Shown here in pieces: positions 48,450 through 58,996 of a DNA stretch of 64,000 nt (positions are counted from its first letter, which is position 1; every line of letters begins with the position of its first letter). The notes under the pieces are model-generated. The model ran no database searches, had not been told where the DNA came from, and was given only the letters and a program-made list of their open reading frames with translations. Position numbers and translations under genes: made by a program. This DNA is from Candidatus Eiseniibacteriota bacterium (GTDB taxonomy: Bacteria > Eisenbacteria > RBG-16-71-46 > CAIMUX01 > VGJL01): NCBI GenBank assembly GCA_041946735.1, contig JBHGAY010000010.1:64001-128000 (forward strand). Direction: 5' to 3'.

Positions 48450-49669
48450 TCGTCACGCAGTCGTACCGTCCCGTGCACGGCGGAATCGCCGAGCACGCAC
48501 GCAACCTCGGCCTCGCCCTCTGCGCGCGCGGCCACGACGTGCGCGTGCTCACCTCCGGGCCGGCTCCCGCGCAGGGAGAGGACGAACCTTTCCCCGTCCT
48601 GCGGGTGGGACGGCGCTTCCACGTGCGATCGAACGGCGCGCGCGCGAGCCTTGCCCTGCACGTCGCCTACCGGGAGGCGGTGCGGCCGATCGTGCGAAGC
48701 GCGGAGCTGATCCACGTCCATTCGCCCCTCGAGCCGTTCTTGCCATGGGCCGTGCTGAAGGAGGCACGAGTCCCGTGCATCGGCACCTTTCACAATGCGG
48801 GGGATCCTCACTGGGGATACCGGCTGCTCGGCCCGCTCCTAGCGCCGCTCGCCGCGCGCCTCACCGTTCGCACCGCCGTCTCGCGCTGCGCGGCAGCCTT
48901 CGCCGGCCGCCACTTTCCCGGCGAGTTCCTGCTCGTCCCGAACGGTGTCGATCCGGTCCGATTCCACCCTGCGGCGGAGGCCGGCCGCCGCCGACGTTCC
49001 GCGTCGCGCCCCGTCCTGCTCTTCGTCGGGCGCCTCGAACCGAGGAAGGGGATTCCCGTCCTGGTCGCCGCTGTGGAGAAGCTGCGCCGGGGCGGCGCTC
49101 GCTCGCCGCGCCTGATCGTCGTCGGGGACGGTTCGCTCCGCGCGCGCCTCCATGATGCCGCGCGCCGCGCGCACATCGATCTCGACTGGCGAGGCGCGAT
49201 CGGTCCCGCCGTACTTCCTGCCGTCTACCGCGAAGCGGACGTCTTCATCGCCCCCGCGCTTTCGGGTGAGTCGTTCGGGATCGTGCTGCTCGAAGCCTTG
49301 GCGAGCGGGCTGCCGGTCGTCGCTTCGCGAATCGAGGGATTCGAGGAGCTCCTGGGCGGCTGCTGCGCGGCGCGGCTCTTTCCCGCCGGAGATGCGGGAA
49401 GCCTGGCCCAGGAAGTCGAGGCCGAGCTGCGCGGCCTCGAGGCGGAAGCGAGCGCGGATGCCTCCGAGGCGCGCACCGCGACCGCGGCCCGGGCTTTCGC
49501 CCTGCGATATTCCTGGGACCGGGTGGCCGCAGCGACCGAGGAGGCCTACAGGGAGGCGCTCGGCGAAAACCTGGCCTCCGTTCCTCGCCTGATCTTCCAA
49601 CACCTTGAAGGGAAAGAAGTTGCGATTCATCCGGTATCGAGCCGCGAGACGGGCCGCGCCGGAGCCTGA
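48437..49669 (+). CDS. GT4 glycosyltransferase (PimA-like)
   Basis: MRVLIV...GGI, NGARA, HVHSP, GTFH, VPNGVD, FVGRLEPRKG, GESFGIVLLEALASG. Confidence 0.9.
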   Translation: MRVLIVTQSYRPVHGGIAEHARNLGLALCARGHDVRVLTSGPAPAQGEDEPFPVLRVGRRFHVRSNGARASLALHVAYREAVRPIVRSAELIHVHSPLEPFLPWAVLKEARVPCIGTFHNAGDPHWGYRLLGPLLAPLAARLTVRTAVSRCAAAFAGRHFPGEFLLVPNGVDPVRFHPAAEAGRRRRSASRPVLLFVGRLEPRKGIPVLVAAVEKLRRGGARSPRLIVVGDGSLRARLHDAARRAHIDLDWRGAIGPAVLPAVYREADVFIAPALSGESFGIVLLEALASGLPVVASRIEGFEELLGGCCAARLFPAGDAGSLAQEVEAELRGLEAEASADASEARTATAARAFALRYSWDRVAAATEEAYREALGENLASVPRLIFQHLEGKEVAIHPVSSRETGRAGA

Positions 49670-49868
49670 CCGTTCGTTCGCCCGCGCGCCGCGACCTCCC
49701 CGCCAAGTCCCGCAATCTCTTTTGTTGCGCAAAATCGTCCGTGGGGTTATCCGATTCAAGAGCTTTGCGCGATTTCCGGGAGACCCCGGAAGGCTCTGGT
49801 TCCCGCCTCCCACGAAGGAACGTGCCGGAGGAGGGGTAGGCGCACAAACCTAGGTAGGGAGGAACGCT

Positions 49869-50417
49869 ATGAAGCACGGTCGGATGATTGGAATCCTGCT
49901 CCTCGGGCTCGCGCTGGTGGGAATCGCCAGCGAGGCGAACGCCGAGAGCCGCATCGGGGTCGGCTACTTCCGTCCGGAGGCGCCGATCGGAGTGCGGATC
50001 TGGGCCGCGCCGAAGATCGGCATCGATCTCGGTATCGGATTCCAGACGGAGGACGTTCCGGATCCCACGCAGCAGGACCCTAACAACACGAGCACCAAGG
50101 TCGGCTTCACGTTCGACGGCGGCGTTCCCATCGTTCTCGTCGGCGACGCGACGTCGACAGCCTTCTTCGTGCGTCCGGGGATCGCCTTCTCTTCGGAGCC
50201 GGTCAATGCCGACGACAATGCGACCGACATCGTTGTCTCCGGCCACCTCGGCGTCGAGCACCACTTCGCGAAGTGGTTCAGCCTCGAGGTCGCGCACGGG
50301 ATCTACTTCAGCAGTCACGATCCGGGCACCCCGGGCTCCGACTCGACGACGCAGTTCGCGAGCGAGGCGTTCGGAATTTCGAGCCTCGGCTTCCACGCCT
50401 ACATCTTCGGGGACTGA
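49869..50417 (+). CDS. Small outer-membrane beta-barrel protein
   Basis: Signal peptide, amphipathic strands, ends LGFHAYIFGD; GGAGG SD. Confidence 0.75.
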   Translation: MKHGRMIGILLLGLALVGIASEANAESRIGVGYFRPEAPIGVRIWAAPKIGIDLGIGFQTEDVPDPTQQDPNNTSTKVGFTFDGGVPIVLVGDATSTAFFVRPGIAFSSEPVNADDNATDIVVSGHLGVEHHFAKWFSLEVAHGIYFSSHDPGTPGSDSTTQFASEAFGISSLGFHAYIFGD

Positions 50418-50458
50418 TCCCTCTCGGGGACCGATCCCGCGAAATAGCCTGAGAACGG

Positions 50459-50495
50459 CGAAGGCCGGCTGTGGCGAGTCCCCAGCCGGCCTTCG
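50459..50495. terminator. Hairpin between convergent OMP genes
   Basis: cgaaggccggctg ... cagccggccttcg, 13-bp inverted repeat. Confidence 0.75.
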
Positions 50496-50508
50496 TGTCT
50501 TCGAGGCG

Positions 50509-51663
50509 CTAGAGCCTCGCGTCCAGCCGCAGCGAGACGACGATCTCGTTGTCGAGGTCGATCTTCTCGCCCAGCACGAAGACGTCGTCGTTCAGGGTCC
50601 GATAGCGCACGTCGAGCACGCTCCGGAGGCTGTTCGAGTAGGCCTGCGAAACGCCCGCGAAGAGGACGGTCTGCGCGGCGGCGTCGGTGATATCCCCAAA
50701 GCCCGGCGATACCAGCTCGAGATCGTCGGCGTCGGTGTCGTAGTCGACGAGGTCGACGCGCGCGAACGCCTCGATCTTTTCGTTGAAGGCGTAGCGCGCG
50801 AGCCCGGAGATCACCTGCGAGGTAACCTCGTCGGTCCCATCGTTGGGAGCGAGGAGCGCAAACTTCCTCCGGCGCGCGTCGTACTGCACGCCCGCCGCGA
50901 GCTTCTTGCCTTCGTAGAAGGAGTGGGCGCCGTACCAGACCGTGTTGTTGTCGCCCGCGTCCGGGACTTGCGGAGCGTACTGCGCGTACCCGCCGATTCC
51001 CCATCCCTTCGCGACTCCCTCTCGAATCGGACGGACGTAGGCGCGCGCGCCGGCCGTCTTGTACTTCCCCTCGTCCCCGGGATCGCCGACCGACAGGTTA
51101 TACGGCACGTGGTTCGCGACGAGCACGTCGCAATCGAGCGCGCCATCGAAGAGCAGCGCGCTCCAACCGGCGCCGAGCCAGGTCGTGCCGTTGCCGAGGT
51201 AGAGGTCGGGCGGCGTCGGGGCGACGATGCGGTAGCCCCAGGGACGCTCGTACCAGTTGGAAATCAAGCCCTCCGTCTGGCCGAAGCGAAGGCGCGTTCC
51301 CTCGAGGCCGAACGGGGCGCCGATCAGGATGTCCGCGGTCTTCAGCCAGACGCGCGGAACGTCGGCGGAGGTGTTGAAGTTGCGCACCTCGAGGCGTGCC
51401 CTCCCCGTATACCTCTCACCGATGCGGCTCTGGAAGGTCAGGTAGACGCGATCGATCTGAAAGGCGTTGAAGTCCTTGGTATCGTCACCCGGCGAGAAGT
51501 CCTCGACGTTGTAGAACCACTTTGCCCAAAGCACCCCGTCGAACGTCACCGGGTTGTTCTTCCCCTCCATCGGCTCGGCCCAGACGGTTCCTGCGAGCGC
51601 GACCAGGATCGAGATCCCCAGTGCGAGTCCCGCCAGCCGCCGTCGCGCGATCGTGAGATCCAT
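50509..51663 (-). CDS. Porin-like outer-membrane beta-barrel
   Basis: Signal peptide; NAFQIDRVYL, WLKTA, RFGQ, WGYR, FARVD motifs. Confidence 0.75.
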   Translation of the reverse strand: MDLTIARRRLAGLALGISILVALAGTVWAEPMEGKNNPVTFDGVLWAKWFYNVEDFSPGDDTKDFNAFQIDRVYLTFQSRIGERYTGRARLEVRNFNTSADVPRVWLKTADILIGAPFGLEGTRLRFGQTEGLISNWYERPWGYRIVAPTPPDLYLGNGTTWLGAGWSALLFDGALDCDVLVANHVPYNLSVGDPGDEGKYKTAGARAYVRPIREGVAKGWGIGGYAQYAPQVPDAGDNNTVWYGAHSFYEGKKLAAGVQYDARRRKFALLAPNDGTDEVTSQVISGLARYAFNEKIEAFARVDLVDYDTDADDLELVSPGFGDITDAAAQTVLFAGVSQAYSNSLRSVLDVRYRTLNDDVFVLGEKIDLDNEIVVSLRLDARL

Positions 51664-51750
51664 TCCAATCCCCCTTGTTGACAATGGAAAGGCGGTCGTT
51701 TTTTGCGAATTCCGGCGGGATCGTACGAGCGGGGTTGGGGAGGGTCAACG

Positions 51751-51781
51751 AAAACCCCGCCGGCGCGAAGCCGGCGGGGGT
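51751..51781 (-). terminator. Rho-independent terminator after the OFOR beta gene
   Basis: ccccgccggc hairpin followed by tttt on the minus strand. Confidence 0.8.
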
Positions 51782-51828
51782 GTCTGTGAAGGTCCGGTGA
51801 AGGAACGGTTGCGATCTCGTTCGCGGGA

Positions 51829-52854
51829 TCAGCTCACGGTCCAGGTTTCCCCCGAGCCGATCAACGCCTCGAGCGATCCGCGCCCCTGCTTCTCGCGCAC
51901 CTGGCTCATCTGCTCGTGAACGAGGACTTCGAAGGGAGAAGCCTGGACGCGCCGGAAGATCCCGATCGGGAGGGGGAAGCCAGGCTCGCCGCCGAGATGG
52001 GCAAGCTGCGCGGCGAGGGACGGATCGGCGCGCTGCGCGTCATGGACGAGCAGCCCGTCCGTCTCTCCGGCCGCGAGGTCGACCACCTCGAGCTGGTCGT
52101 CGCGCCGGCGGATCCCGCGCGTCTTCTCCTTGCCGAAGACGAGCGGCTTGCCGTCCTCCATCGCCACGACGCGATCGTCGCGGACGGTGCGGTCGGTCCA
52201 GCCGTCCCAGGCTCCATCGTTGAAGATGTTGCAGTTCTGGAGGATCTCGATGAACGCGCTGCCCTTGTGCTCCGCGGCCGCGCGCAGGGTCTCCTTCAGG
52301 TGCGGCGCGAAGATGTCGATCGAGCGCGCGACGAAGGTCGCGCCGGCGCCGAGCGCGAGCGCAATCGGGTCGAACGGACGGTCGACCGAACCGAACGGCG
52401 TCGACTTCGTCTTCTTGAACTGCTCGCTCGTCGGGGAATACTGCCCCTTCGTCAATCCGTAGATCCGGTTGTTGAACATCAGGATTTTCAGATCGATGTT
52501 GCGGCGCAGCGCATGAATGAGATGGTTTCCGCCGATCGACAGCGCGTCGCCGTCCCCCGTCGCCACCCACACGGATAGCTCGGGGTTTGCGATCTTGATC
52601 CCCGTGGCGATCGCCGGCGCGCGCCCGTGAATCGTGTGGAAGCCGAATGTGTTCATGTAGTACGGGAAGCGGCTCGAGCAGCCGATCCCCGAGACGACGA
52701 CGAACTTCTCACGAGGAATCGGAAGCTCGGGAAATACCGATTGCACGGCATTCAGGATCGCGTAGTCCCCGCACCCGGGGCACCAGCGCACCTCCTGATC
52801 GGTCTGGAACTCCTTCTTCGTCCGCTTCGTTTCAACCGGATTCGCCGACATCAC
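51829..52854 (-). CDS. korB: 2-oxoacid:ferredoxin oxidoreductase subunit beta
   Basis: [42 protein letters not shown]. Confidence 0.95.
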   Translation of the reverse strand: MMSANPVETKRTKKEFQTDQEVRWCPGCGDYAILNAVQSVFPELPIPREKFVVVSGIGCSSRFPYYMNTFGFHTIHGRAPAIATGIKIANPELSVWVATGDGDALSIGGNHLIHALRRNIDLKILMFNNRIYGLTKGQYSPTSEQFKKTKSTPFGSVDRPFDPIALALGAGATFVARSIDIFAPHLKETLRAAAEHKGSAFIEILQNCNIFNDGAWDGWTDRTVRDDRVVAMEDGKPLVFGKEKTRGIRRRDDQLEVVDLAAGETDGLLVHDAQRADPSLAAQLAHLGGEPGFPLPIGIFRRVQASPFEVLVHEQMSQVREKQGRGSLEALIGSGETWTVS

Positions 52855-54722
52855 GCACGCTCCTCGAGCACCTCGTCGATCTTCGCGAGGATCTCTCCTT
52901 CAGTGAAAGGACGGCCCTGGATCTTGTTCAGCCCGATCGCGTCGACCAGATAGCGGGCGCGGAGCACCCAGAGAAGCTGACCCAGGTTCAGCTCCGGCAC
53001 GAGGACGCGACGGAAGCGGGCGAGCACGTCCCCGAGATCGCGCGGCAGAGGATTCAGGTAGCGTAGATGCAGGTGGCCGATCTTCGCGCGTCCGGTCCGG
53101 CGCCGCCTCTCGACCGCCGCCGTGATCGCCCCGGCGGTCGAACCCCATCCGACGATGAGCAGGTCGCCCGATCCGTCTCCCTCCACTTCGCACGGCGGGA
53201 ACTCGGCGGCGATCCGCTCCACCTTCTCCGCGCGCAGCCGCACCATCGTCTCGTGGTTGCGCGGGTCGTAGCTGACGTTGCCGCTTCCCGCTTCCTTCTC
53301 GAGCCCGCCGATCCGGTGCTCGAGCCCCGGGGTCCCAGGGATCGCCCAAGGCCGAGCGAGGGTCGCAGCGTCGCGCGCGTAGGGGCGGAACGTTTCGCGG
53401 TCCTCGTGGAACTTCACGTCGATCGGAGGCAGCTTGTCCAGATCCGGGAGGAGCCAGGGCTCCGCGCCGTTGGCAAGATAGCCGTCAGACAGCAGGAAGA
53501 CCGGCGTCATGTAGGTGACCGCGATGCGGCACGCCTCGTAGGCCATACGGAAGCAGTCGGACGGGGTGGCCGCGGCGAGAACCGGGACCGGCGCCTCGCT
53601 GTTGCGCCCGAAGAGCGCCTGCATCAGGTCCGCTTGCTCGGTCTTCGTCGGCAGGCCGGTCGACGGTCCGCCCCGCTGGATGTTGCAGATCACCAGCGGA
53701 AGCTCCGCCATCGTCGCGAGACCGATCGCTTCGGTCTTCAACGCGACGCCCGGGCCGCTCGTCGTCGTGACGCCGAGGTTCCCCGCGAAGGATGCGCCGA
53801 TGGCAGCGCCGACGGCGGCGATCTCGTCCTCCGCCTGGAACGTGATCACGTCGAAGTTCTTGTGCCGCGACATCTCGTGCAGCACGTCGCTCGCCGGCGT
53901 GATCGGATAGGAGCCGAGGAAGATCGGGATCCCCGCCTTCTCGCTCGCCGCGATGAGCCCGAGCGCGAGCGCCGTATTGCCGGAGATGTTGCGATACTTC
54001 CCCGGCGCGAGCCGCGCAGGCGGCACGTGGTAGCTGACCTCGAACAGCTCGGTCGCTTCGGCGAACGCGTAGCCCGCTCGGAGAGCCAGGCGGTTCGCCT
54101 CGAGCAGGGGAGGCTCCTTTGCGAACTTCTCCTCGATCCAGCGCAGGGTCGGGTCGAGGGGCCGCGTGTAGAGCCAGTACATCATCCCGAGCGCGAAGAA
54201 GTTCTTGCAGCGATCGACGGTCCTCGTATCGAGGCCGGTCGACTCCAGCGCCGTCCGGGTCAGCCGTGTCAGATCGACCTTGAAGAGCCGGTAGCCCTCG
54301 AGGGAGCCGTCCTCGAGCGGATTCGAGGCGTAGCCCGCCTTGTCCAGGTCCCGCTGCGCGAACGCGTTGGTGTTGACGATGATCACGCCGTTGGGCTTCA
54401 GGTCCTTCAGATTCACCTTGAGGGCGGCAGGATTCATGGCGACGAGGACGTCGGGCTCGTCGCCCGGCGTCGTCACCTCCGCCGAGGAGAAGTGGATCTG
54501 GAAGCCGCTCACGCCCGGGAGGGTCCCGGCCGGGGCGCGGATCTCGGCCGGGAAATCCGGCAGGGTGGCCACGTCGTTGCCGAACAGGGCCGACGTGGAT
54601 GTGAACTGGCTGCCGGTCAACTGCATCCCGTCCCCCGAGTCTCCGGCGAAACGGATCACGACCGACTCGACCGTCTCTCGACTCTTCGAGGGCAGGCTCG
54701 TCTTCTCTGTCTGGATTTCCAT
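52851..54722 (-). CDS. korA: 2-oxoacid:ferredoxin oxidoreductase subunit alpha
   Basis: [49 protein letters not shown]. Confidence 0.95.
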   Translation of the reverse strand: MEIQTEKTSLPSKSRETVESVVIRFAGDSGDGMQLTGSQFTSTSALFGNDVATLPDFPAEIRAPAGTLPGVSGFQIHFSSAEVTTPGDEPDVLVAMNPAALKVNLKDLKPNGVIIVNTNAFAQRDLDKAGYASNPLEDGSLEGYRLFKVDLTRLTRTALESTGLDTRTVDRCKNFFALGMMYWLYTRPLDPTLRWIEEKFAKEPPLLEANRLALRAGYAFAEATELFEVSYHVPPARLAPGKYRNISGNTALALGLIAASEKAGIPIFLGSYPITPASDVLHEMSRHKNFDVITFQAEDEIAAVGAAIGASFAGNLGVTTTSGPGVALKTEAIGLATMAELPLVICNIQRGGPSTGLPTKTEQADLMQALFGRNSEAPVPVLAAATPSDCFRMAYEACRIAVTYMTPVFLLSDGYLANGAEPWLLPDLDKLPPIDVKFHEDRETFRPYARDAATLARPWAIPGTPGLEHRIGGLEKEAGSGNVSYDPRNHETMVRLRAEKVERIAAEFPPCEVEGDGSGDLLIVGWGSTAGAITAAVERRRRTGRAKIGHLHLRYLNPLPRDLGDVLARFRRVLVPELNLGQLLWVLRARYLVDAIGLNKIQGRPFTEGEILAKIDEVLEERA

Positions 54723-55149
54723 GGCCTCGCACCGAGGGCGCGCCGGCGCTGCGGCTCTCCGCCGGGCCCGCGCGGAAGAAGGTTCCTGAAGTGGCGATCT
54801 TTCAGATTTTCAAGGACAACAAGGCTTGCGCACGGATCCGGCGAAGCTAGCAGACGGTCCGACGGAGGCGCAACGCGCTTTAGCAACACTGTATCATCGC
54901 ATTCATCATACTGACAGGCCGATCCTCGGGGACCTCGGCGCCGCCCGAACGGAAGCCGCCGCCTCCGGGGCTATCCGCGCAGACCGCGAGCTTCGGATGG
55001 GGTCCGGTAGGCCGGGAGGAAGGGAGGGAACTGCAGCCGCCATCCTTGCCAGACCGCGCCGGTGCGGTAGCCTGAAAGCTCGCGTATCTGAAGGCTCGCG
55101 CGGCCGAGGACGGAAGCGCCGGGGGGAGCCGACCGGGGAGGGAGAAGCG

Positions 55150-55947
55150 ATGGATCTCGGGATTTCGGGAAGGGTCGCGCTGGTAACGGGCGGCACGGCA
55201 GGTTTGGGGCTCGCGGCCGCGCAGGTGCTCGCCGAGGAGGGCGCGTCCGTGGCGATCTGCGGGCGGGATCGCGAGAGGCTCGATCGCGCCGGCGAGGCCC
55301 TCGCCCGCCTCGCGGGGGGCGGGCGGATCGCGAGGATCGCAGGGGACCTCGCACTCCCCGAAGAGCCCGGGCGGATCGTGCGCGAGGCGGAGGAGCAGCT
55401 CGGCGGCCTCTCGATCCTCGTCGTCAACGCGGGCGGGCCCCCGTCCGGATCGCTCCTCGATCTTCCCGAATCGGCATGGGAGAGGGCGGTCCAGCTGACG
55501 CTGATGAGCGCGGTGCGTCTCACGCGCGCCGCCTTGCCCGGGATGCTCGACCGAGGATACGGCCGGGTCGTCTACATCACCTCCTCGACCGTGAAGCAAC
55601 CGCTGTCGCGTCTGATCCTCTCGAACGTCCTGCGCCCGGGCATCGTCGCTCTCGCGAAGACGCTCGCCGAAGAGTACGCGACCTCCGGCGTGACGCTGAA
55701 CTGCGTCTGCCCCGGCCCGTACCGGACGGAACGGATCGAGGATCTGATGCGCGATCGCGCGGCCGCGGCGGGCATTTCCGTGGAAGAGGCGACGCGTCGC
55801 TATCTCGATGCGGTTCCGATGAAGCGTCTCGGCGACCCGAGCGAGCTCGGGCGCGTGATCGCCTTCCTGGCTTCCGACGCGGCCAGCTTCGTCACCGGAG
55901 TCAGCTGGTCCGTCGATGGCGGTCAGATCCAGGGGATCTTCGGATGA
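55150..55947 (+). CDS. SDR family oxidoreductase (atypical active site)
   Basis: MDLGISGRVALVTGG..GLG, NAGGPP, SNVLR in place of YxxxK, VDGG. Confidence 0.9.
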   Translation: MDLGISGRVALVTGGTAGLGLAAAQVLAEEGASVAICGRDRERLDRAGEALARLAGGGRIARIAGDLALPEEPGRIVREAEEQLGGLSILVVNAGGPPSGSLLDLPESAWERAVQLTLMSAVRLTRAALPGMLDRGYGRVVYITSSTVKQPLSRLILSNVLRPGIVALAKTLAEEYATSGVTLNCVCPGPYRTERIEDLMRDRAAAAGISVEEATRRYLDAVPMKRLGDPSELGRVIAFLASDAASFVTGVSWSVDGGQIQGIFG

Positions 55948-56732
55948 GCGCGCCACAGCGCAGCACGCCGCCCGGCAGCACGCCGCCCGGCAGCGCGCCG
56001 CAGCGCAGTGCGCCGCAAGCCAGCACGCCGCCCCTCACCCCGGCGGCCGGCTGGTTCGAGGAGCTCCGCCGCGACAACGACTCGGTCTGGGGGGCGATCC
56101 ACTCGCATCCTTTCGTGACGGGGATCGGCTCCGGGACGCTCGATGTCGATCGCTTCCGCTTCTTTCTCTCGCAGGACTATCCGTACCTGAAGGAGTTCTG
56201 CCGCGTCCTCGCCCTCGCCGTCTCGCGCGGCGGACGGCTCGACGAAATGGCGTTCTTCGCGTCGCTGCTCCATGCCACGCTGGCAGTCGAGATGGATCTC
56301 CATCGCAGCTACTGCGCCGATTTCGGCATCTCGCCGGAGGATCTCGCCGCTACTTCGCTCGCCCCCACCGCGCACGCCTACACGCGGCATCTCCTCGCCA
56401 TCGGGGCGCTCGGCACGCAGGCGGAGATCGCCGTCGCTCTCGCTCCCTGCATCGTCAGCTATGCGGAGATCGGACGGAATCTGGCCCGCGCCATCCCGCC
56501 GGGCGCTCCGCTGCTGGCCCGCTGGATCGAGGCCTACGCCTCCGACCCCTACCAGTCGATCGCGCGCGAAGCGATCGCGCTCGTCGACCGGCTGGCGGAG
56601 CGGATCGGTCCGGAGGAACGGGAGCGTTGCGCCGGCCATTTCCGCATCGGATCGCTCTACGAGTGGCGCTTCTGGGAGATGGCGTGGACGGGGGAGAGCT
56701 GGCCGATCCCGGGCGCCGAGCGAGCGCGGTGA
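55944..56732 (+). CDS. tenA: Thiaminase II / TenA
   Basis: HPFV..IGSGTL, QDYPYL, EMDLH, APC..SY (catalytic Cys), WIEAY, YEWRFWEMA. Confidence 0.92.
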   Translation: MSAPQRSTPPGSTPPGSAPQRSAPQASTPPLTPAAGWFEELRRDNDSVWGAIHSHPFVTGIGSGTLDVDRFRFFLSQDYPYLKEFCRVLALAVSRGGRLDEMAFFASLLHATLAVEMDLHRSYCADFGISPEDLAATSLAPTAHAYTRHLLAIGALGTQAEIAVALAPCIVSYAEIGRNLARAIPPGAPLLARWIEAYASDPYQSIAREAIALVDRLAERIGPEERERCAGHFRIGSLYEWRFWEMAWTGESWPIPGAERAR

Positions 56733-57301
56733 GCGTTCATTCCCACCCGCCGGCCGCAGCGACGCGGCGATTCTCGATCGGCGACGGGGTGGTCGAGTTC
56801 CTCGCGCGCCGCCGCCGCCGCGAGGTGCTCGGCCAGGTGCGCGGGCGCCTGCTCGACATCGGCTGTGGCGACAACCGCCTGGTGCGCTCCTACGGGAACG
56901 GCCTCGGCGTCGACATCCTGCAGTGGGGCGACGTCGACCTCGTCGTGCCCGACACGAACAAGATCCCGCTCGAGAACGAGAGCTTCGACTCGGTGAGCTT
57001 CGTCGCCTGCCTCAATCACATCCCGAACCGCGAGGCGGTCCTCGACGAGGCGCATCGGTTGCTCCGTCCCGGCGGGCGCTTGATCGCGACCATGCTGAGC
57101 CCAGGCATCTCGCGCCTCTGGCATCGGATCATCGCGCCATGGGATCCCGATCAGCACGGCCGGGAGCTCGATGCGGGCGAGGTGTGGGGAATCTCGAACG
57201 ACGAGATGCGGCGACTCCTCGAGCGCCATCGCTTCGACGTGGTGCTCCATCGCCGCTTCGTGCTCGTGAACAATCTCTTCGTTGCCGAAGTGCGGAAGTA
57301 G
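56729..57301 (+). CDS. Class I SAM-dependent methyltransferase
   Basis: LLDIGCG, IPLENESFD, LNHI, RLLRPGG; GTGA overlap with tenA. Confidence 0.88.
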   Translation: MSVHSHPPAAATRRFSIGDGVVEFLARRRRREVLGQVRGRLLDIGCGDNRLVRSYGNGLGVDILQWGDVDLVVPDTNKIPLENESFDSVSFVACLNHIPNREAVLDEAHRLLRPGGRLIATMLSPGISRLWHRIIAPWDPDQHGRELDAGEVWGISNDEMRRLLERHRFDVVLHRRFVLVNNLFVAEVRK

Positions 57302-57379
57302 AAAGGGAGTCGGCGCGACCGGCGCCCGCCGGCCCGTCGCCCGCCGGCCCGCCAGCCCGCCGCCCAGCGCTCGGTCCGC

Positions 57380-58186
57380 CTAGATCGCCTCCTCCGCCGG
57401 GGGCGTCGCGCTCGGGAACCGGCCCTCCTGGGCTTCGCGGATGATCGTCTTCAGCGCGAGCGGAAAGTCCCTCTCGAGGATCCAGGTGATGTACTCCGGA
57501 TCGACCTCCATCACCTCGCGCAAGCGCCGGCCCGCGTACTTGCCGAAGCAGAAGCACGCCTCGCCGTCCCGCCACTCGAGCTTGCGATCCGGATCGACGT
57601 GACGGTCGCTCGATCGCTTCGAGAAGAGCGCGAGACCGGGCGCCGTCGGATCGAGATCGCCGTAGCGCTCGATCTGCGCGCACAGGACGTCGAACGTCGC
57701 TTCCGTGTCCGCCTCCGCGCCGTGCGCCCCCTCGTGCTCGCGCCCGAGATAGAAGCGGACCGCCGCCGAGAGATCCCGGGGCTCGCGCCGGTGGAAGATC
57801 ACCTGCACGTCGATCACGTCGCGCCCGTCGAGCGAGAACGACTCGCCGCAGCGCGCGAGCTCCGCAGTCAGAATCCTCAGGTCGAAGCCGTGGACGTTGA
57901 AGCCGCAGAGATCGGCGTCGCCGATGAAGGTGGTGATCTCGGAGGCGACCTTGCGGAACGGGGGGCAAAACTCGACGTCCTCGTTCGTGATCCCGTGGAC
58001 GGCGATCGCCTCTACGGGGATCCGGATCTCGGGATTGACCCGGCGCTGGTAGCGCTCCTTCCTCCCGTCCGGGTGGACCTTCAGCATCGCAATCTCGACG
58101 ATCCGGTCCCGGAAGGGGACCGAACCGGTCGTCTCGGTGTCGAGGACGACCAGCGGGCGGGACAGGACCAGCCTTCGCTCATTCAT
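57380..58186 (-). CDS. DnaQ-like DEDDh 3'-5' exonuclease
   Basis: LDTETTG, HGIT, GFN...FD, HGAEAD; C-terminal FGKY.G......DPEYITW domain. Confidence 0.93.
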   Translation of the reverse strand: MNERRLVLSRPLVVLDTETTGSVPFRDRIVEIAMLKVHPDGRKERYQRRVNPEIRIPVEAIAVHGITNEDVEFCPPFRKVASEITTFIGDADLCGFNVHGFDLRILTAELARCGESFSLDGRDVIDVQVIFHRREPRDLSAAVRFYLGREHEGAHGAEADTEATFDVLCAQIERYGDLDPTAPGLALFSKRSSDRHVDPDRKLEWRDGEACFCFGKYAGRRLREVMEVDPEYITWILERDFPLALKTIIREAQEGRFPSATPPAEEAI

Positions 58187-58426
58187 CGCGTTGCACCTCC
58201 GATCACCTGATCGGGGCGCATTCTACCAGGAGGAAACTGCCGGCGGGACCGGATCTTCGGGGATCGGCCACCGGCCCGGGAGCCGGGCGCGCCTGGCCCG
58301 CGAGCCAGTGGCGGCCGGGCGAGGCAGCCGGAGATTCCGCATCCCAGGCCCGATGCGGCCGCATATACTCCTTCCGACGCGAACGGCTGTGTAGCAAAAA
58401 CTCCGCCGCCGCACGGGGAGGATCCG

Positions 58427-58996
58427 GTGGGGACCGAAGGCTTCCGGGAATCGCTTCGACGAATCCGGGATTCCGGAGAGCCGACAATGCACGCCCTCTT
58501 CTCCCAGCTTTACGCGGAGATCCGGCGGCAGGCGCGACGCCAGATGCGTGGCGAGGGAGGCGGAAAGGACCTCCAGGCGACCGAGCTGGTCGGGGAGGCC
58601 TACCTCCGGCTGCGTGAGGCGCGCGGTGTCGAATGGCAGGACGAGGACCACTTCCTGCGCACCGTCGCCCGCGCGATGCGGCGCGCGCTCGTCGACGAGG
58701 CGCGCAAACGGGCCGCAGAGAAGCGCGGCGGGCCGGCCGCGCGCCAGGTTGCCTACTTCACCCTCGGCGCTCGCACACGACTCGCCCTCGACGACCTTCT
58801 CGCGCTCGAGGATGGGTTGCAGAAGATGTCCTCCGGACCGGGCCAGCTTCCCCGCGAGGCGAAGGTGATCGAGCTGATCTTCTTCGCCGGAGCGACCAAG
58901 GAAGAGATCGCGCGCCTGCTCGAGATCGACGTGCGGCAGGTCTATCGCGACTACCGGCATGCCCGGATCTGGCTGCGCCGGGAGATCGGGTTGTGA
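58427..58996 (+). CDS. ECF sigma factor, kinase-associated type (TIGR02999/ECF43-like)
   Basis: LYAEIRRQA, LQATELVGEAYLRL, MRRALVD.AR...AEKRGG, RDYRHARIWL; alternative ATG at 58487. Confidence 0.9.
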   Translation: MGTEGFRESLRRIRDSGEPTMHALFSQLYAEIRRQARRQMRGEGGGKDLQATELVGEAYLRLREARGVEWQDEDHFLRTVARAMRRALVDEARKRAAEKRGGPAARQVAYFTLGARTRLALDDLLALEDGLQKMSSGPGQLPREAKVIELIFFAGATKEEIARLLEIDVRQVYRDYRHARIWLRREIGL

